A DNA stretch of 64,000 bases from an uncultured Clostridia bacterium (lineage in GTDB: Bacteria; Bacillota; Clostridia; UBA1212; SIG427): the NCBI GenBank assembly GCA_945965275.1, contig CAMFNB010000001.1, positions 25,221-89,220 of the forward strand, in the 5' to 3' direction. The notes under the pieces were generated by a model. That model saw nothing but the letters and a program-made list of their open reading frames with translations, made no database searches and had not been told where the DNA came from. Positions 28,845 through 38,557 of the stretch are shown in pieces; the stretch's first letter is position 1, and each line of letters opens with the position of its first letter. The position numbers and the translations under genes were made by a program.

Positions 28845-29663
28845 TTGCTGTGTTTTTATTCTCTTATGGATAAGATTTATTACAATTATTTGAATTATGT
28901 TTACGGCATTTATCAGCGGTATACGGAGCTTAAGGCGGAGTATGAAAGTATGCCGGAGGGACGACTGGAAATGTCTGTTTCAAGGAGGGACGGCAACAGA
29001 TATTTTATTTATCTGAAAGGCAGACGAAAGTATCTTTCTCCAAAAGATATAAACACAATAGATTTATTCAAAAAGAAAAAGAAAATTGAGGAAGTTTTGA
29101 ATACTGCGGAGGATATCCTTTCTGAAATACTTACCCCTGCCGTTAAAAAAATAATCAATCGTGCTCACTCAGAAAAGTGCTCGTTTCCGATTTCAGTAAG
29201 CGAGGAAAACTATCGTCGCGACGAATTAAAGCACAGAACTGCCCACGGTGAAATGGTTCGCTCAAAGTCAGAGGTTATAATTGCTGATATTTTGTATAAG
29301 CTCGGCATACCATATGTTTATGAGAAAAAACTCAAAACAAGGGAAGGTGCTGTCTATCCTGATTTTACTGTACGACATCCTTATGAGGGCAACACATATT
29401 ACCTTGAGCATGCGGGTATGCTGGATAAGGCAGATTATGCTGCTGATTTTTGTGTGAAACTTTCAAAGTATAAAAGCATAGGAGTCTCCGAAGATAATTA
29501 TCTTATTGTAACTGCCGAAGATAAAGGTAACATTGATGCTAATTTTGTTGAGAATCTTTTGAAAGATTTTTACCCTTGCTCGATTTCCACATGTCTTCAA
29601 AATATCCGCACACACAAAAAAAGAAATAATTTACACACATTGTGTGTAATATTTTTCAAATAA
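28845..29663 (+). CDS. hypothetical protein with Vsr/DUF559-like PD-(D/E)xK endonuclease-like C-terminal region
   Basis: SKSEVIIADILYKLGIPYVYEKKL...VYPDFTV...YYLEHAG resembles the E..L...G..F.RQ....DF....IEVDG pattern; C-terminus runs into hairpin repeats. Confidence 0.4.
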   Translation: MLCFYSLMDKIYYNYLNYVYGIYQRYTELKAEYESMPEGRLEMSVSRRDGNRYFIYLKGRRKYLSPKDINTIDLFKKKKKIEEVLNTAEDILSEILTPAVKKIINRAHSEKCSFPISVSEENYRRDELKHRTAHGEMVRSKSEVIIADILYKLGIPYVYEKKLKTREGAVYPDFTVRHPYEGNTYYLEHAGMLDKADYAADFCVKLSKYKSIGVSEDNYLIVTAEDKGNIDANFVENLLKDFYPCSISTCLQNIRTHKKRNNLHTLCVIFFK

Positions 29664-29713
29664 TGTGTGTTTACACACAAACAAAGCAAAAACCCACACA
29701 CATTGTGTGTAGG
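29607..29713. repeat. cluster of three (CA)n/(TG)n palindromic hairpins
   Basis: ttacacacattgtgtgtaa (29631-29649), tgtgtgtttacacaca (29664-29679), ccacacacattgtgtgtagg (29693-29713). Confidence 0.5.
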
Positions 29714-30146
29714 TTTTCAAATTTTTTTCGTGTAAAAAATCATACGCTTTCTGAATTGCTTCCTTCTTCAAGTATCTCCGTAAAATCTGAAGTATTTAAA
29801 AGTTTTTCTTCTTTGCCTTTTCTGAGATTAAGCAGTCCCTCTACCTGCACGCTGATTCCTGCTTGCACTCGCCGTCTTCCCATGAATTAACCGCATTTAC
29901 AAAGCCCTGAGTATCCTTGATGGTGTTGATTGTTTTCGGAAGTGCATTTATTACTTTTTCGACATATTTAAAAAATGAAATTCCCATTTGCCTGTTTTCC
30001 TTTCGATTGTATGATTAAGTATATCATATTTGGAGGCGGTAAGAAAAATGGGATTCAGAACGTTAGAATCCCATGATTTGACAAGTGCTTATTTAATGGC
30101 AATAATGTATGTATAAGATACGTTTTACCATATAGGGGTGATTTAT

Positions 30147-30782
30147 ATGAAAAAATTCATCGCAATTTTACTTATTACAGTTTTAGTCGTTTCTTTTACA
30201 GCATGCGGAAACAAGCCGGAGACAAAGCTTCCTGACAAAAAGGTTATTGAGGAAATTTTCAACACGGTAACACCTATAGAGGCTGCACGTAATGCCGCAA
30301 AGCAAGGAAATGTGGTTTTATTCGAGAAAATGGAATGCGTTGCGGGACAGGACATCTGGGACTCCTTCGTTGAAAAAACTTCAGAAGGCGAACCCTGTGA
30401 AGTGCTTGTCGCAAGGTATTATGATTTCACGGAACAGAACGCAACCCTTGAAGATAAAGAAGGTGTTGTTGACATATCCATGTTCTATTATCTTGTTGAT
30501 TTTGACGGCAAAGAATATCACGTAAAGGTGCGCATGACAGAAGAGGACTCACTTGACAGCGAAAAAACGTTCAAATACATGATGCACTTCGCCGGAGAAG
30601 GAAAACTTCCCAATGCAGCTCCCAGCACATATGATCGTTACGTTCTCACAGAGAAAAATGATGTCACCTGGGAAGATCTTGAATGGTCAACCCTTACATC
30701 TACATATGACCCGGATAAGGATGTAGGCGCATGGATGACGATTTACGAAAATGTAAATTTTGAAAATTCAGCAAAAGAATAA
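30147..30782 (+). CDS. lipoprotein (signal peptide + lipobox ...FTAC)
   Basis: MKKFIAILLITVLVVSFTACGNK; AGGGGTG RBS; ATG at 30147 (track start 30138 is GTG). Confidence 0.6.
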   Translation: MKKFIAILLITVLVVSFTACGNKPETKLPDKKVIEEIFNTVTPIEAARNAAKQGNVVLFEKMECVAGQDIWDSFVEKTSEGEPCEVLVARYYDFTEQNATLEDKEGVVDISMFYYLVDFDGKEYHVKVRMTEEDSLDSEKTFKYMMHFAGEGKLPNAAPSTYDRYVLTEKNDVTWEDLEWSTLTSTYDPDKDVGAWMTIYENVNFENSAKE

Positions 30783-30981
30783 AACGAACTATGAAAAACT
30801 GACTGCGATTGTCACGATAAAAGATCCATCATTTATTGGTGAGTGTCAATGTGGTTTATACATTAAGGAATAATTAAATGAAGGTATTTCGTTAGGTAAT
30901 AATAACAAATATATCTTTGATTCAAAACTTGTTTTTTATGATGTATAATTAATCCTATAAATTTAACGGAGAATATTTACC

Positions 30982-31623
30982 ATGAAAAAAATCTCAGTTA
31001 TTCTGCTTTCAATAATTCTTGTTATCTCTTTGGCAGGCTGCGGCTTCAGAGTCAAAAAGGCAGACTCTGCTCTTTGCGGAAAGTGGAAAGCAAATGTTAA
31101 TCTCTCTGATAAAATGTACGAAGGTCTGAAAGAATCCCTCAGCACAAATTTAAATTTTAACGATTTCAATATTGATGTTATTTTTGAATTCAAAGCAGAC
31201 GGTACCTTCGAAATAAAGGCGGATGCTGATTCAGTTGCCAAAGCGACAGAAAAAGCAGTCAGCGATATAAGAACAGCAGCGGAAGGCATATTAAAAAAAT
31301 ATGCAGACTTGCTTAATCTTGAAGGAACAGTTGATGAAATCCTGACTGAAACAGGAAGCTCTCTTGACGAAGCTTTGGCAAGTATCGAAGAGGCCTTCCG
31401 TAAAAATCTCAACAGTGACAGGCTATTTGATTTGATTGCATACAAAGGAAAGTACAAGACTGACGGCAACAAGTTGTATTTTACCCAACTTTCAGACGGC
31501 AAATTCCACGATGACATATATGACCTTTTCAGTATCAAAGACGGTCAGATAATACTGGAATCCACAACCGATGTTGACGGATTCCTTACAAATTCTTATC
31601 CGCTTACGCTGAAGAAATTCTGA
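30982..31623 (+). CDS. lipoprotein (lipobox LAGC)
   Basis: MKKISVILLSIILVISLAGCG. Confidence 0.6.
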   Translation: MKKISVILLSIILVISLAGCGFRVKKADSALCGKWKANVNLSDKMYEGLKESLSTNLNFNDFNIDVIFEFKADGTFEIKADADSVAKATEKAVSDIRTAAEGILKKYADLLNLEGTVDEILTETGSSLDEALASIEEAFRKNLNSDRLFDLIAYKGKYKTDGNKLYFTQLSDGKFHDDIYDLFSIKDGQIILESTTDVDGFLTNSYPLTLKKF

Positions 31624-31627
31624 TAAA

Positions 31628-33544
31628 TTATTCCGTATACCTGCAGACAACACCCTCTTCGGTCTCTGCAACAACCTCTCCCTCCGGCGCATAGCCCTTC
31701 GGGAAGAAAGTATAAATATTTTTACCGTGGCTGTCTCCGTAAACCGTGAGACGGCCGTTTTCATATGAACTGCAGAACAGATTTATTCCTCCCCAGACAT
31801 TTATATCAGAGTAAAGAAAGCAGGGTTCTTTCGGGGGCTTCACCACAACAAACATTGCTGCCGTGTGCGGATTGCACACTCCTGTTTCCACCATATCACG
31901 CGCACCCAAAAACGTTCCGCTGAAGCTGTCGATAACATAACCGCCGTCCATTCCGATTTTTGAAAGCTCGAATTTAATACTTCTCTGTCGATGATAATCC
32001 CAGTTGTATAAGGCAACAAAGCTTACATTGTCGCCGTATGTCGCATAAGATACCGACGGGCAGGGATCTTCGAAATAGTCATAGGGCTTTGCCGCAACGC
32101 CGACAGGATACATGAGCTTTGTGAAAAGCTCTGCTCTCTCAGGCGGCAGTTTGTCCAGATCTTCATTAACGAGAACAGGGCCGCCGCTCATTGCAACAGT
32201 CGTTGCCCAAAGCTTTGCTTCGTTATATGTAGCTTCAAATCCGTCTCCGCAGTCTTCTCCGCGGAGGCACAAGCCGTCCGCATCATTTCTGAACACGACA
32301 CCATTGTAAAAATACCTGTAAAGATCAGAAGCCGTTGTCTTTCTGATAAGCTCCCAGTATGTCGGAAAATTGTCGATCTTTCCCCAGACAATATCGCATG
32401 AAACTCTGATGCCGTTCATTATTCCGGCTCCGGCGAGCACCGGCGCACCGCAGGCAAGAAGATATGTATCCTCTCCCACTGCATCGCGGATTGTCTGAAG
32501 TGCCTTTCTGTAATATGCCATGGCATAGTCGCCGTCAAACGAGAAATATCTTCTTTTTCCTGAGAAATCCTTTATTGCTGACCATAGGAAGTCCAGCTTG
32601 AAATATGTAATATTGTAATTATTTTTAAGTCCTGTAAAAAGTTCCTTAAGATACTCATAAACTTCAGGCTTTGAAAAATCAAGCGGACAGCTGTTTGCAG
32701 TTGAAACATCTTCGATTAAAAGTCCCGCAACCTCGGGTTCTCCCGCACGTTCCTTGCTGACGATTAAAGGCGCCACCCATATTCCGAACTCCATGCCCTT
32801 GCTTCTCACATAATCTGAAAGACCCTTCATATCCGGGAATTTTTCTTCGTCAATCTTCCACGTACCGCAGAAAGAACCGCCTTCCTGCCAGCCGTCATCT
32901 ATCTGGAACAGGGTCGCTCCGCCCTCTCCGTACTTTTCCGTCTGATCTGCACCGCGACGCATCTTCTTCTCGTCAACATTATGGTAAAAATATGACCATG
33001 TGCAAAAGCCGGCATGGGTGTCCATTGCAGGCACTGCGTCATTTGCCTCGGCAACCAGCGACGCATACTCTTCAAGCATTTCGTGAACATCGCCGTTTTC
33101 TTTTACAAAGAACGGCTCAAGTTCGTAATCCTCTTCGGGATTTACGGCCTTGTTTTCCATTTCGTAGGTGAAAGTGATTTTTCTCCTGTCGATATTTATC
33201 ACAGACACAAAGCGATGTTCCCGAACAAAGCCGACAAACATCGTATCGCCCGCAGCATTTTTCATCACAGTACATTCTTTCGGCTCAAATCGCGTATTAT
33301 CGTCATATGGCCAAATCTCAATAATGTCATTGGTACAATTTCCGCTTGAAAGCAGCTTCATTCCTGTAAAAAATTCTTCATTCTTCTCAAGCGTAATCAC
33401 AATTTGGTCGATTGCGTCATTGACATGAGGCCTGAACACAGGTGTGAACACGCCGCTGCTTTCTTTTACCGTTAATGTGTATTTCCCGTTTGACTCATCA
33501 CATAAGATGCTGCCGTCTGTGTACTTAATTTCAAATTTAAACAT
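31628..33544 (-). CDS. alpha-galactosidase, GH36 family
   Basis: DDGW and KLDF motifs, catalytic-region pattern of GH36/melibiase. Confidence 0.8.
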   Translation of the reverse strand: MFKFEIKYTDGSILCDESNGKYTLTVKESSGVFTPVFRPHVNDAIDQIVITLEKNEEFFTGMKLLSSGNCTNDIIEIWPYDDNTRFEPKECTVMKNAAGDTMFVGFVREHRFVSVINIDRRKITFTYEMENKAVNPEEDYELEPFFVKENGDVHEMLEEYASLVAEANDAVPAMDTHAGFCTWSYFYHNVDEKKMRRGADQTEKYGEGGATLFQIDDGWQEGGSFCGTWKIDEEKFPDMKGLSDYVRSKGMEFGIWVAPLIVSKERAGEPEVAGLLIEDVSTANSCPLDFSKPEVYEYLKELFTGLKNNYNITYFKLDFLWSAIKDFSGKRRYFSFDGDYAMAYYRKALQTIRDAVGEDTYLLACGAPVLAGAGIMNGIRVSCDIVWGKIDNFPTYWELIRKTTASDLYRYFYNGVVFRNDADGLCLRGEDCGDGFEATYNEAKLWATTVAMSGGPVLVNEDLDKLPPERAELFTKLMYPVGVAAKPYDYFEDPCPSVSYATYGDNVSFVALYNWDYHRQRSIKFELSKIGMDGGYVIDSFSGTFLGARDMVETGVCNPHTAAMFVVVKPPKEPCFLYSDINVWGGINLFCSSYENGRLTVYGDSHGKNIYTFFPKGYAPEGEVVAETEEGVVCRYTE

Positions 33545-33551
33545 ACTTACC

Positions 33552-34001
33552 TCAGATAATTTTTTCGATAATTTTTACCAGATTTTCAAGTCCCTCTTTA
33601 TCCTCTTCGGTAAAACGACCGAGGTCGGGGCTGTCTATATCAAGGACGCCGAATATTTTACCGTCTTTATGAATCGGAACGACAATTTCCGAATTTGATG
33701 CGCAGTCACATGGGATGTGACCCGGAAACTCGTGGACATTTTTTACAAGCTGTGTCTCGCCCGTGGCTGCAGCCGTTCCGCAAACGCCTCTGCCGAAGGG
33801 AATGCGAACACAAGCGGGTTTTCCCTGAAAAGGACCTAATATTAATTCGTCTTTTTCCGTAATGTAGAATCCCGCCCAGTTAAGGCGGTCAAGTTCAGAA
33901 TATATCAATGCTGAAATATTTGCCAGGTTGGCCGTTATGAACGGAACGTCCTTCGTAAGGGTCTCTGCCTGCTTTAATATAAGTTCGTAATTTTTCGACA
34001 T
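33552..34001 (-). CDS. GAF domain protein (free methionine-R-sulfoxide reductase-like)
   Basis: 149 aa, conserved Cys pattern GRGVCG...HIPCDCAS. Confidence 0.8.
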   Translation of the reverse strand: MSKNYELILKQAETLTKDVPFITANLANISALIYSELDRLNWAGFYITEKDELILGPFQGKPACVRIPFGRGVCGTAAATGETQLVKNVHEFPGHIPCDCASNSEIVVPIHKDGKIFGVLDIDSPDLGRFTEEDKEGLENLVKIIEKII

Positions 34002-34152
34002 GCTGTTTCTCCGTTTTTTGTTTATGTTTCTATTTTACTAAAAATTCGGTCTGAAACCAACACGGAAATTGTCGAAAATATTAGCTAATATTTTAATTAA
34101 AATTTTAGCGATTTTATGTATAATTAAATTACAGACAGGAGGTGACTTTTGA

Positions 34153-34389
34153 ATGAAGGCAGCAACAGCAACAGAAGTTCAAAACCATTTTGGACAGTAT
34201 TTAAAATACGTCATGGAAGGAAATGAGGTTATGATTATGAAAAACGGAAAAGAAGTGGCTCGTCTTATTTCAAGAGACGCCACCGTATCTTTTCTTACCG
34301 ATGAGCTTCTCGGCGTCATAGACCATGATGTTGATGAGAAAGCAATGAGGGAAGAAAGGATAAGAAAAAAATATGAATGTATTGATTGA
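34153..34389 (+). CDS. type II antitoxin, Phd/YefM-like
   Basis: 78 aa, overlaps downstream PIN gene by 17 nt. Confidence 0.6.
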   Translation: MKAATATEVQNHFGQYLKYVMEGNEVMIMKNGKEVARLISRDATVSFLTDELLGVIDHDVDEKAMREERIRKKYECID

Positions 34390-34786
34390 TACAAATATTG
34401 TTCTTGATGTTCTGCTCTCCCGGGCAGGACTCAAAGAATGTTCTGCAAATATACTTAAATATTGCGAATCAAAAGTTATAAACGGATATATATCTGCTAT
34501 GACGGTTGCGAATATAACAAATATCTTAAGGAAGGATTTAAACAGAGAAAAGGTATTGGTAATACTTTCAAAAATCTTTTGCATTTTTAATGTCGAAGAT
34601 CTGAGGTCAGAAGACTTGCTTAATGCGGCTTCTCTTGATTTCTCTGACTATGAGGCTGCCGTTCAGGCGTCAACTGCGGAGAGGATTAAAGCAGAATATA
34701 TTGTTACGCGAAATCTGAAAGATTACAAAAACAGCACCGTTCCGCCAATTACGCCGGAAGAATTCTTAGAGAGCTTTGTAAAATAA
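34373..34786 (+). CDS. vapC: PIN domain toxin (VapC-like)
   Basis: MNVLIDTNIVLDVL N-terminal PIN signature with acidic residues. Confidence 0.7.
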   Translation: MNVLIDTNIVLDVLLSRAGLKECSANILKYCESKVINGYISAMTVANITNILRKDLNREKVLVILSKIFCIFNVEDLRSEDLLNAASLDFSDYEAAVQASTAERIKAEYIVTRNLKDYKNSTVPPITPEEFLESFVK

Positions 34787-34818
34787 AAAAGCCAAAACTC
34801 ATTTCTGAGCTTTGGCTC

Positions 34819-34909
34819 TGGCGGAAAGTTAGGGATTCGAACCCTAGGTAGGCGCGAACCTACGCCGGTTTTCAAGACCGGTGCCTTAAACCAACTCGAC
34901 CAACTTTCC
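34819..34909 (-). tRNA. tRNA-Ser (anticodon UGA), class II with long variable arm, CCA encoded
   Basis: Reverse complement GGAAAGTTGGTCGAGTTGGTTTAAGGCACCGGTCTTGAAAACCGGCG...GGGTTCGAATCCCTAACTTTCCGCCA; near-identical to E. coli tRNA-Ser(UGA) core; 7-bp acceptor stem GGAAAGT/ACTTTCC. Confidence 0.85.
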
Positions 34910-35013
34910 ATAGTCACTGCGGCTTAGCGCAAAAGTAAATATATCAAATTTTTACCGTCTTGTCAACGAAATATATTATGGTAGAATGAATAAAAAATGA
35001 GAGGAGTTTTACC

Positions 35014-35712
35014 ATGACCGTAATACTTACAGGGGCTTCCGGAGGAATAGGCTGTAAAATTGCCGAAGCCCTTTGCAATAAAGGATATAACGTAGTTATA
35101 ACAGGAAGAAACGAAGAAAAACTTTCTTCAATCGCGGATAAGCTTTCCGGCTGCGTCGCTGTTCCCGGAGATATTTCGGATCTTTCTTTCCAGGACGAGC
35201 TGCTTAAAAAATCCTTCGAGTGTTTTGGCTCTGTTGACTGTATCATAAACTGCGCAGGCATCGCACAACATAATGATTTTGCAGATACGGAAGAAAAGCT
35301 TTATGATGACATCATGAAGCTTAATGTGAAAGCTCCGTATTTCCTTTGCCAAAAGGCTCTTCCCTATCTCAAAAAGTCTGACGAGGCAACTATTATCAAT
35401 ATCGCATCGGTTGTCGCTCACAAGGGCTATCCCTGTCAGAGCGTATATGCCGCAAGTAAGCACGCACTCCTCGGTTTTTCAAAATCTCTCGCAAACGAAG
35501 TGTATAAAGACAATATTCGCGTTCATGTAATTTCACCGGGAGCTGTTTTCACGGAGATGGTTGCCCTTGCAAGACCTGATCTTACACCGGACGGCATGAC
35601 CCTCCCCGAAGATATCGCTGAGACTGTACTCTTCTTAATCAAGATGCGCTCAACAAACGCGGTAATTGACGAACTTCAGATTCACAGAACAAATAAGGAA
35701 CCTTTTAACTGA
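35014..35712 (+). CDS. SDR family oxidoreductase
   Basis: TGASGGIG glycine motif, catalytic YxxxK (YAASK). Confidence 0.8.
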   Translation: MTVILTGASGGIGCKIAEALCNKGYNVVITGRNEEKLSSIADKLSGCVAVPGDISDLSFQDELLKKSFECFGSVDCIINCAGIAQHNDFADTEEKLYDDIMKLNVKAPYFLCQKALPYLKKSDEATIINIASVVAHKGYPCQSVYAASKHALLGFSKSLANEVYKDNIRVHVISPGAVFTEMVALARPDLTPDGMTLPEDIAETVLFLIKMRSTNAVIDELQIHRTNKEPFN

Positions 35713-35721
35713 GGTGTTGAA

Positions 35722-36381
35722 TTGAAATACTCGAAAATCGTCGAAGGAAAATTTATCGACAGACCTAACAGATTCATAGCTCATGTGGAAATTGACGGTA
35801 AAAATCATACAGTTCACGTGAAAAATACCGGAAGATGTCGGGAATTGCTGATTCCCGGCGTTAAAGTTCTGTTGGAAGAATCCGACAATCCTCTTCGCAA
35901 AACAAAATATGATTTGGTGACTGTTTGGAAAAAAGGCATGGGCTGGATAAATATTGATTCCCAGGCTCCGAATAAGATTGCTGCCGAATGGCTCGCCGCG
36001 CAGGGTTTCGATTATGTGAAACCCGAATACACATACGGAAATTCACGAATCGACTTCTATATGGAGCGCGATGGTGAGAAATATCTCATGGAAGTCAAAG
36101 GCTGCACTTTGGAAATCGACAAAGTCGGATATTTTCCCGACGCACCAACTGAGCGCGGAGTGAAACATTTGAGAGAACTTATAAAAGCTGTTCGGGAAGG
36201 CTATCATGCATCAGTTGCCTTTGTGATTCAGATGAACGGCATCACCGAAGTAAGACCGAACGTCGAAACACATCCTGAATTCGGCGTTGCATGGCAGGAA
36301 GCCGCGGATGCCGGTGTGGAAATAAAGTTTATTCAGTGTAAGGTCGGTAAAAATACGGTAACTGCTATTTGTGATTATTAA
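35722..36381 (+). CDS. sfsA: sugar fermentation stimulation protein A homolog
   Basis: N-terminus ...GKFIDRPNRFIAHVEIDGK... typical of SfsA. Confidence 0.85.
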   Translation: MKYSKIVEGKFIDRPNRFIAHVEIDGKNHTVHVKNTGRCRELLIPGVKVLLEESDNPLRKTKYDLVTVWKKGMGWINIDSQAPNKIAAEWLAAQGFDYVKPEYTYGNSRIDFYMERDGEKYLMEVKGCTLEIDKVGYFPDAPTERGVKHLRELIKAVREGYHASVAFVIQMNGITEVRPNVETHPEFGVAWQEAADAGVEIKFIQCKVGKNTVTAICDY

Positions 36382-36739
36382 TAAAATTCAAAATTTCCTG
36401 ATATCCAGCACTTCCAGATGCCACCGACAAACTTAATTCTTCCAGTTCTTGTTGTGTATGTGACAAGGAAATATCGTTTACCTTCAAAGTTAGCAACATT
36501 GCAGAAACCCCAATACGTTTGTTTCCGTCTATAAATGCATGATTGCTTGTAAGAGAATACATAAGTCGTGCTGCTTTTTCTTCAACGGATGGGTATAATT
36601 CAAAATCGCCAAAGGCAGACTCTGTACTATATACAGCGGATTCGAGAAGACCTTGATCTCTGATACCGCTGCTGCCTCCAGTCTTTTCTGCTATTTTTTC
36701 ATGCAATCTGATTATTTCTTCGACCGTTAAGGTTATCAT
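36365..36739 (-). CDS. doc: Doc (death-on-curing) toxin, Fic/Doc family
   Basis: Doc motif HAFIDGNKRIG. Confidence 0.8.
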   Translation of the reverse strand: MITLTVEEIIRLHEKIAEKTGGSSGIRDQGLLESAVYSTESAFGDFELYPSVEEKAARLMYSLTSNHAFIDGNKRIGVSAMLLTLKVNDISLSHTQQELEELSLSVASGSAGYQEILNFINNHK

Positions 36740-37017
36740 TTCGCCAATTCCATCAGAGCTTCAAGATTTTCTTCAATTACTTCGTCGGCGAGTTTATCAA
36801 TTCTTTCTTTTCTCAGTTGTCTTGCAGCAGCAATAAAGTCATACTCCTCAAAATCAACTACAACATAACGTGGCTTATTGTTTTTCATAATAACAGCCAT
36901 GCCTTCTTCCTCTACAAGACGAGTGACTTTCGAAAAATTCTGATTTGCTTCTGTCATTGCTACAATTGTATTTGTATCTATGTTCATTTTTTTCACCTCA
37001 GATATATTATACGTCAA
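36736..37017 (-). CDS. phd: Phd/YefM-family antitoxin
   Basis: 93 aa, 4-nt overlap with doc, AVIMKNNKPRYVVV. Confidence 0.65.
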   Translation of the reverse strand: MTYNISEVKKMNIDTNTIVAMTEANQNFSKVTRLVEEEGMAVIMKNNKPRYVVVDFEEYDFIAAARQLRKERIDKLADEVIEENLEALMELAK

Positions 37018-37248
37018 ATATAGGATAAAAACAACCTATATTTATAAAATCTCTTTGTCCTCAATATATGCTTTAAAGAACAAATAGCATTCATATAAAT
37101 CTGCTTTTGATATCACTTCCATTTCTTTTTAAAATAGACAAATATATAAAATACACATTGGTATAACAAATTAATCTTTTTTCACAATTTACGCAATAAG
37201 GGAAGCCCATTCGGACTTCCCTTTCTTTTTACCGAATATATTCTTTTC

Positions 37249-38541
37249 TTATTTCTTCTCAGGAACCAAAACTTCCTTGCCGCCCATGTAAGGACGAAGA
37301 ACTTCGGGAATTGTAACCGTTCCGTCTGCCTGGAGATGGTTCTCTAAGAACGCGATAAGCATTCTCGGAGGAGCAACAACAGTGTTGTTAAGTGTGTGCG
37401 CGAAATATTTCTTCTTATCTGCGCCGTTTACACGAATCTTAAGGCGACGTGCCTGAGCATCGCCGAGGTTAGAGCAGCTTCCTACCTCAAAATATTTCTG
37501 CTGACGAGGAGACCAAGCCTCTACGTCATAAGATTTTACCTTAAGGTCTGCAAGGTCGCCTGAACAGCACTCGATTGTTCTTACCGGAATATCCATTGAT
37601 CTGAAGAGATCAACTGTGTTCTGCCATAATTTGTCGAACCACATCATGCTGTCTTCAGGTTTGCAGACAACAATCATTTCCTGCTTCTCAAACTGATGAA
37701 TTCTGTATACACCACGCTCTTCGATTCCGTGTGCGCCCTTCTCTTTTCTGAAGCACGGGGAATAGCTTGTAAGTGTGAGAGGGAGCATGTCTTCTTCTGT
37801 GATAGTATCAATGAACTTACCGATCATTGAGTGCTCACTTGTACCGATGAGGTAAAGGTCTTCGCCTTCAATCTTGTACATCATTGCGTCCATTTCAGCA
37901 AAGCTCATAACGCCTGTTACAACGTTTGATCTGATCATAAAAGGCGGAATGCAGTATGTGAAGCCTCTGTCAATCATGAAATCTCGTGCGTAAGATATAA
38001 CTGCTGAGTGAAGTCTTGCGATGTCTCCCATGAGATAGTAGAAACCGTTACCGGCAACCCGTCCCGCTGCATCAAGGTCAATACCGTTGAAGCTTTCCAT
38101 GATTTCTCTGTGATAAGGAATTTCATATTCCGGGACTACAGGCTCTCCGTAGCGTGTAATCTCAACGTTCTCGCTGTCATCTCTGCCAACCGGTACTGAC
38201 GGATCAACGATATTCGGGATTTTCATCATTACCTGTAAAAGTTCTTCTTCTACAGCCTTTTCTTCAGCAGTGAGTTCATCTGTTCTCGCACCTTTTTTGG
38301 CAATTTCTGCCTTTAATGCTTCGGCTTCTTCTCTCTTTCCCTGAGCCATGAGTCCGCCGATCTGCTTTGATGCAGCGTTTCTTTCTGCTCTGAGAGCCTC
38401 AACCTCTGATTTGATGGCTCTGTTTCTTTCATCAAGTTCAATTGCCTTATCTACAAGAGGAAGCTTCGCATCCTGAAACTTCTTTTTGATATTTTCTTTT
38501 ACAACATCCGGATTTTCACGGACAAATTTAATGTCTAACAT
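37249..38541 (-). CDS. serS: serine--tRNA ligase
   Basis: N-terminal coiled coil MLDIKFVRENPD..., class II aaRS core. Confidence 0.95.
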   Translation of the reverse strand: MLDIKFVRENPDVVKENIKKKFQDAKLPLVDKAIELDERNRAIKSEVEALRAERNAASKQIGGLMAQGKREEAEALKAEIAKKGARTDELTAEEKAVEEELLQVMMKIPNIVDPSVPVGRDDSENVEITRYGEPVVPEYEIPYHREIMESFNGIDLDAAGRVAGNGFYYLMGDIARLHSAVISYARDFMIDRGFTYCIPPFMIRSNVVTGVMSFAEMDAMMYKIEGEDLYLIGTSEHSMIGKFIDTITEEDMLPLTLTSYSPCFRKEKGAHGIEERGVYRIHQFEKQEMIVVCKPEDSMMWFDKLWQNTVDLFRSMDIPVRTIECCSGDLADLKVKSYDVEAWSPRQQKYFEVGSCSNLGDAQARRLKIRVNGADKKKYFAHTLNNTVVAPPRMLIAFLENHLQADGTVTIPEVLRPYMGGKEVLVPEKK

Positions 38542-38557
38542 TTTTTTACCTTCTCTC

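Noticed and set aside
29607-29713. Possible CRISPR array
   Set aside because: Repeats are internally palindromic hairpins of differing sequence without regular unique spacers; no cas genes anywhere in window
29642-29890. 82-aa ORF across the CA/TG hairpin repeats
   Set aside because: Translation dictated by the palindromic repeats; no RBS; the repeat element is the better explanation
34153-37017. Mobile element / genomic islet at tRNA-Ser
   Set aside because: No integrase, recombinase or recognisable att duplication seen in the window; only TA cargo, so left as an observation rather than a mobile_element call
37198-37230. Hairpin gggaagcccattcggacttccc + T-tract as serS terminator
   Set aside because: T-tract follows the stem only on the plus strand whereas serS is on the minus strand; orientation ambiguous, so not called as a feature
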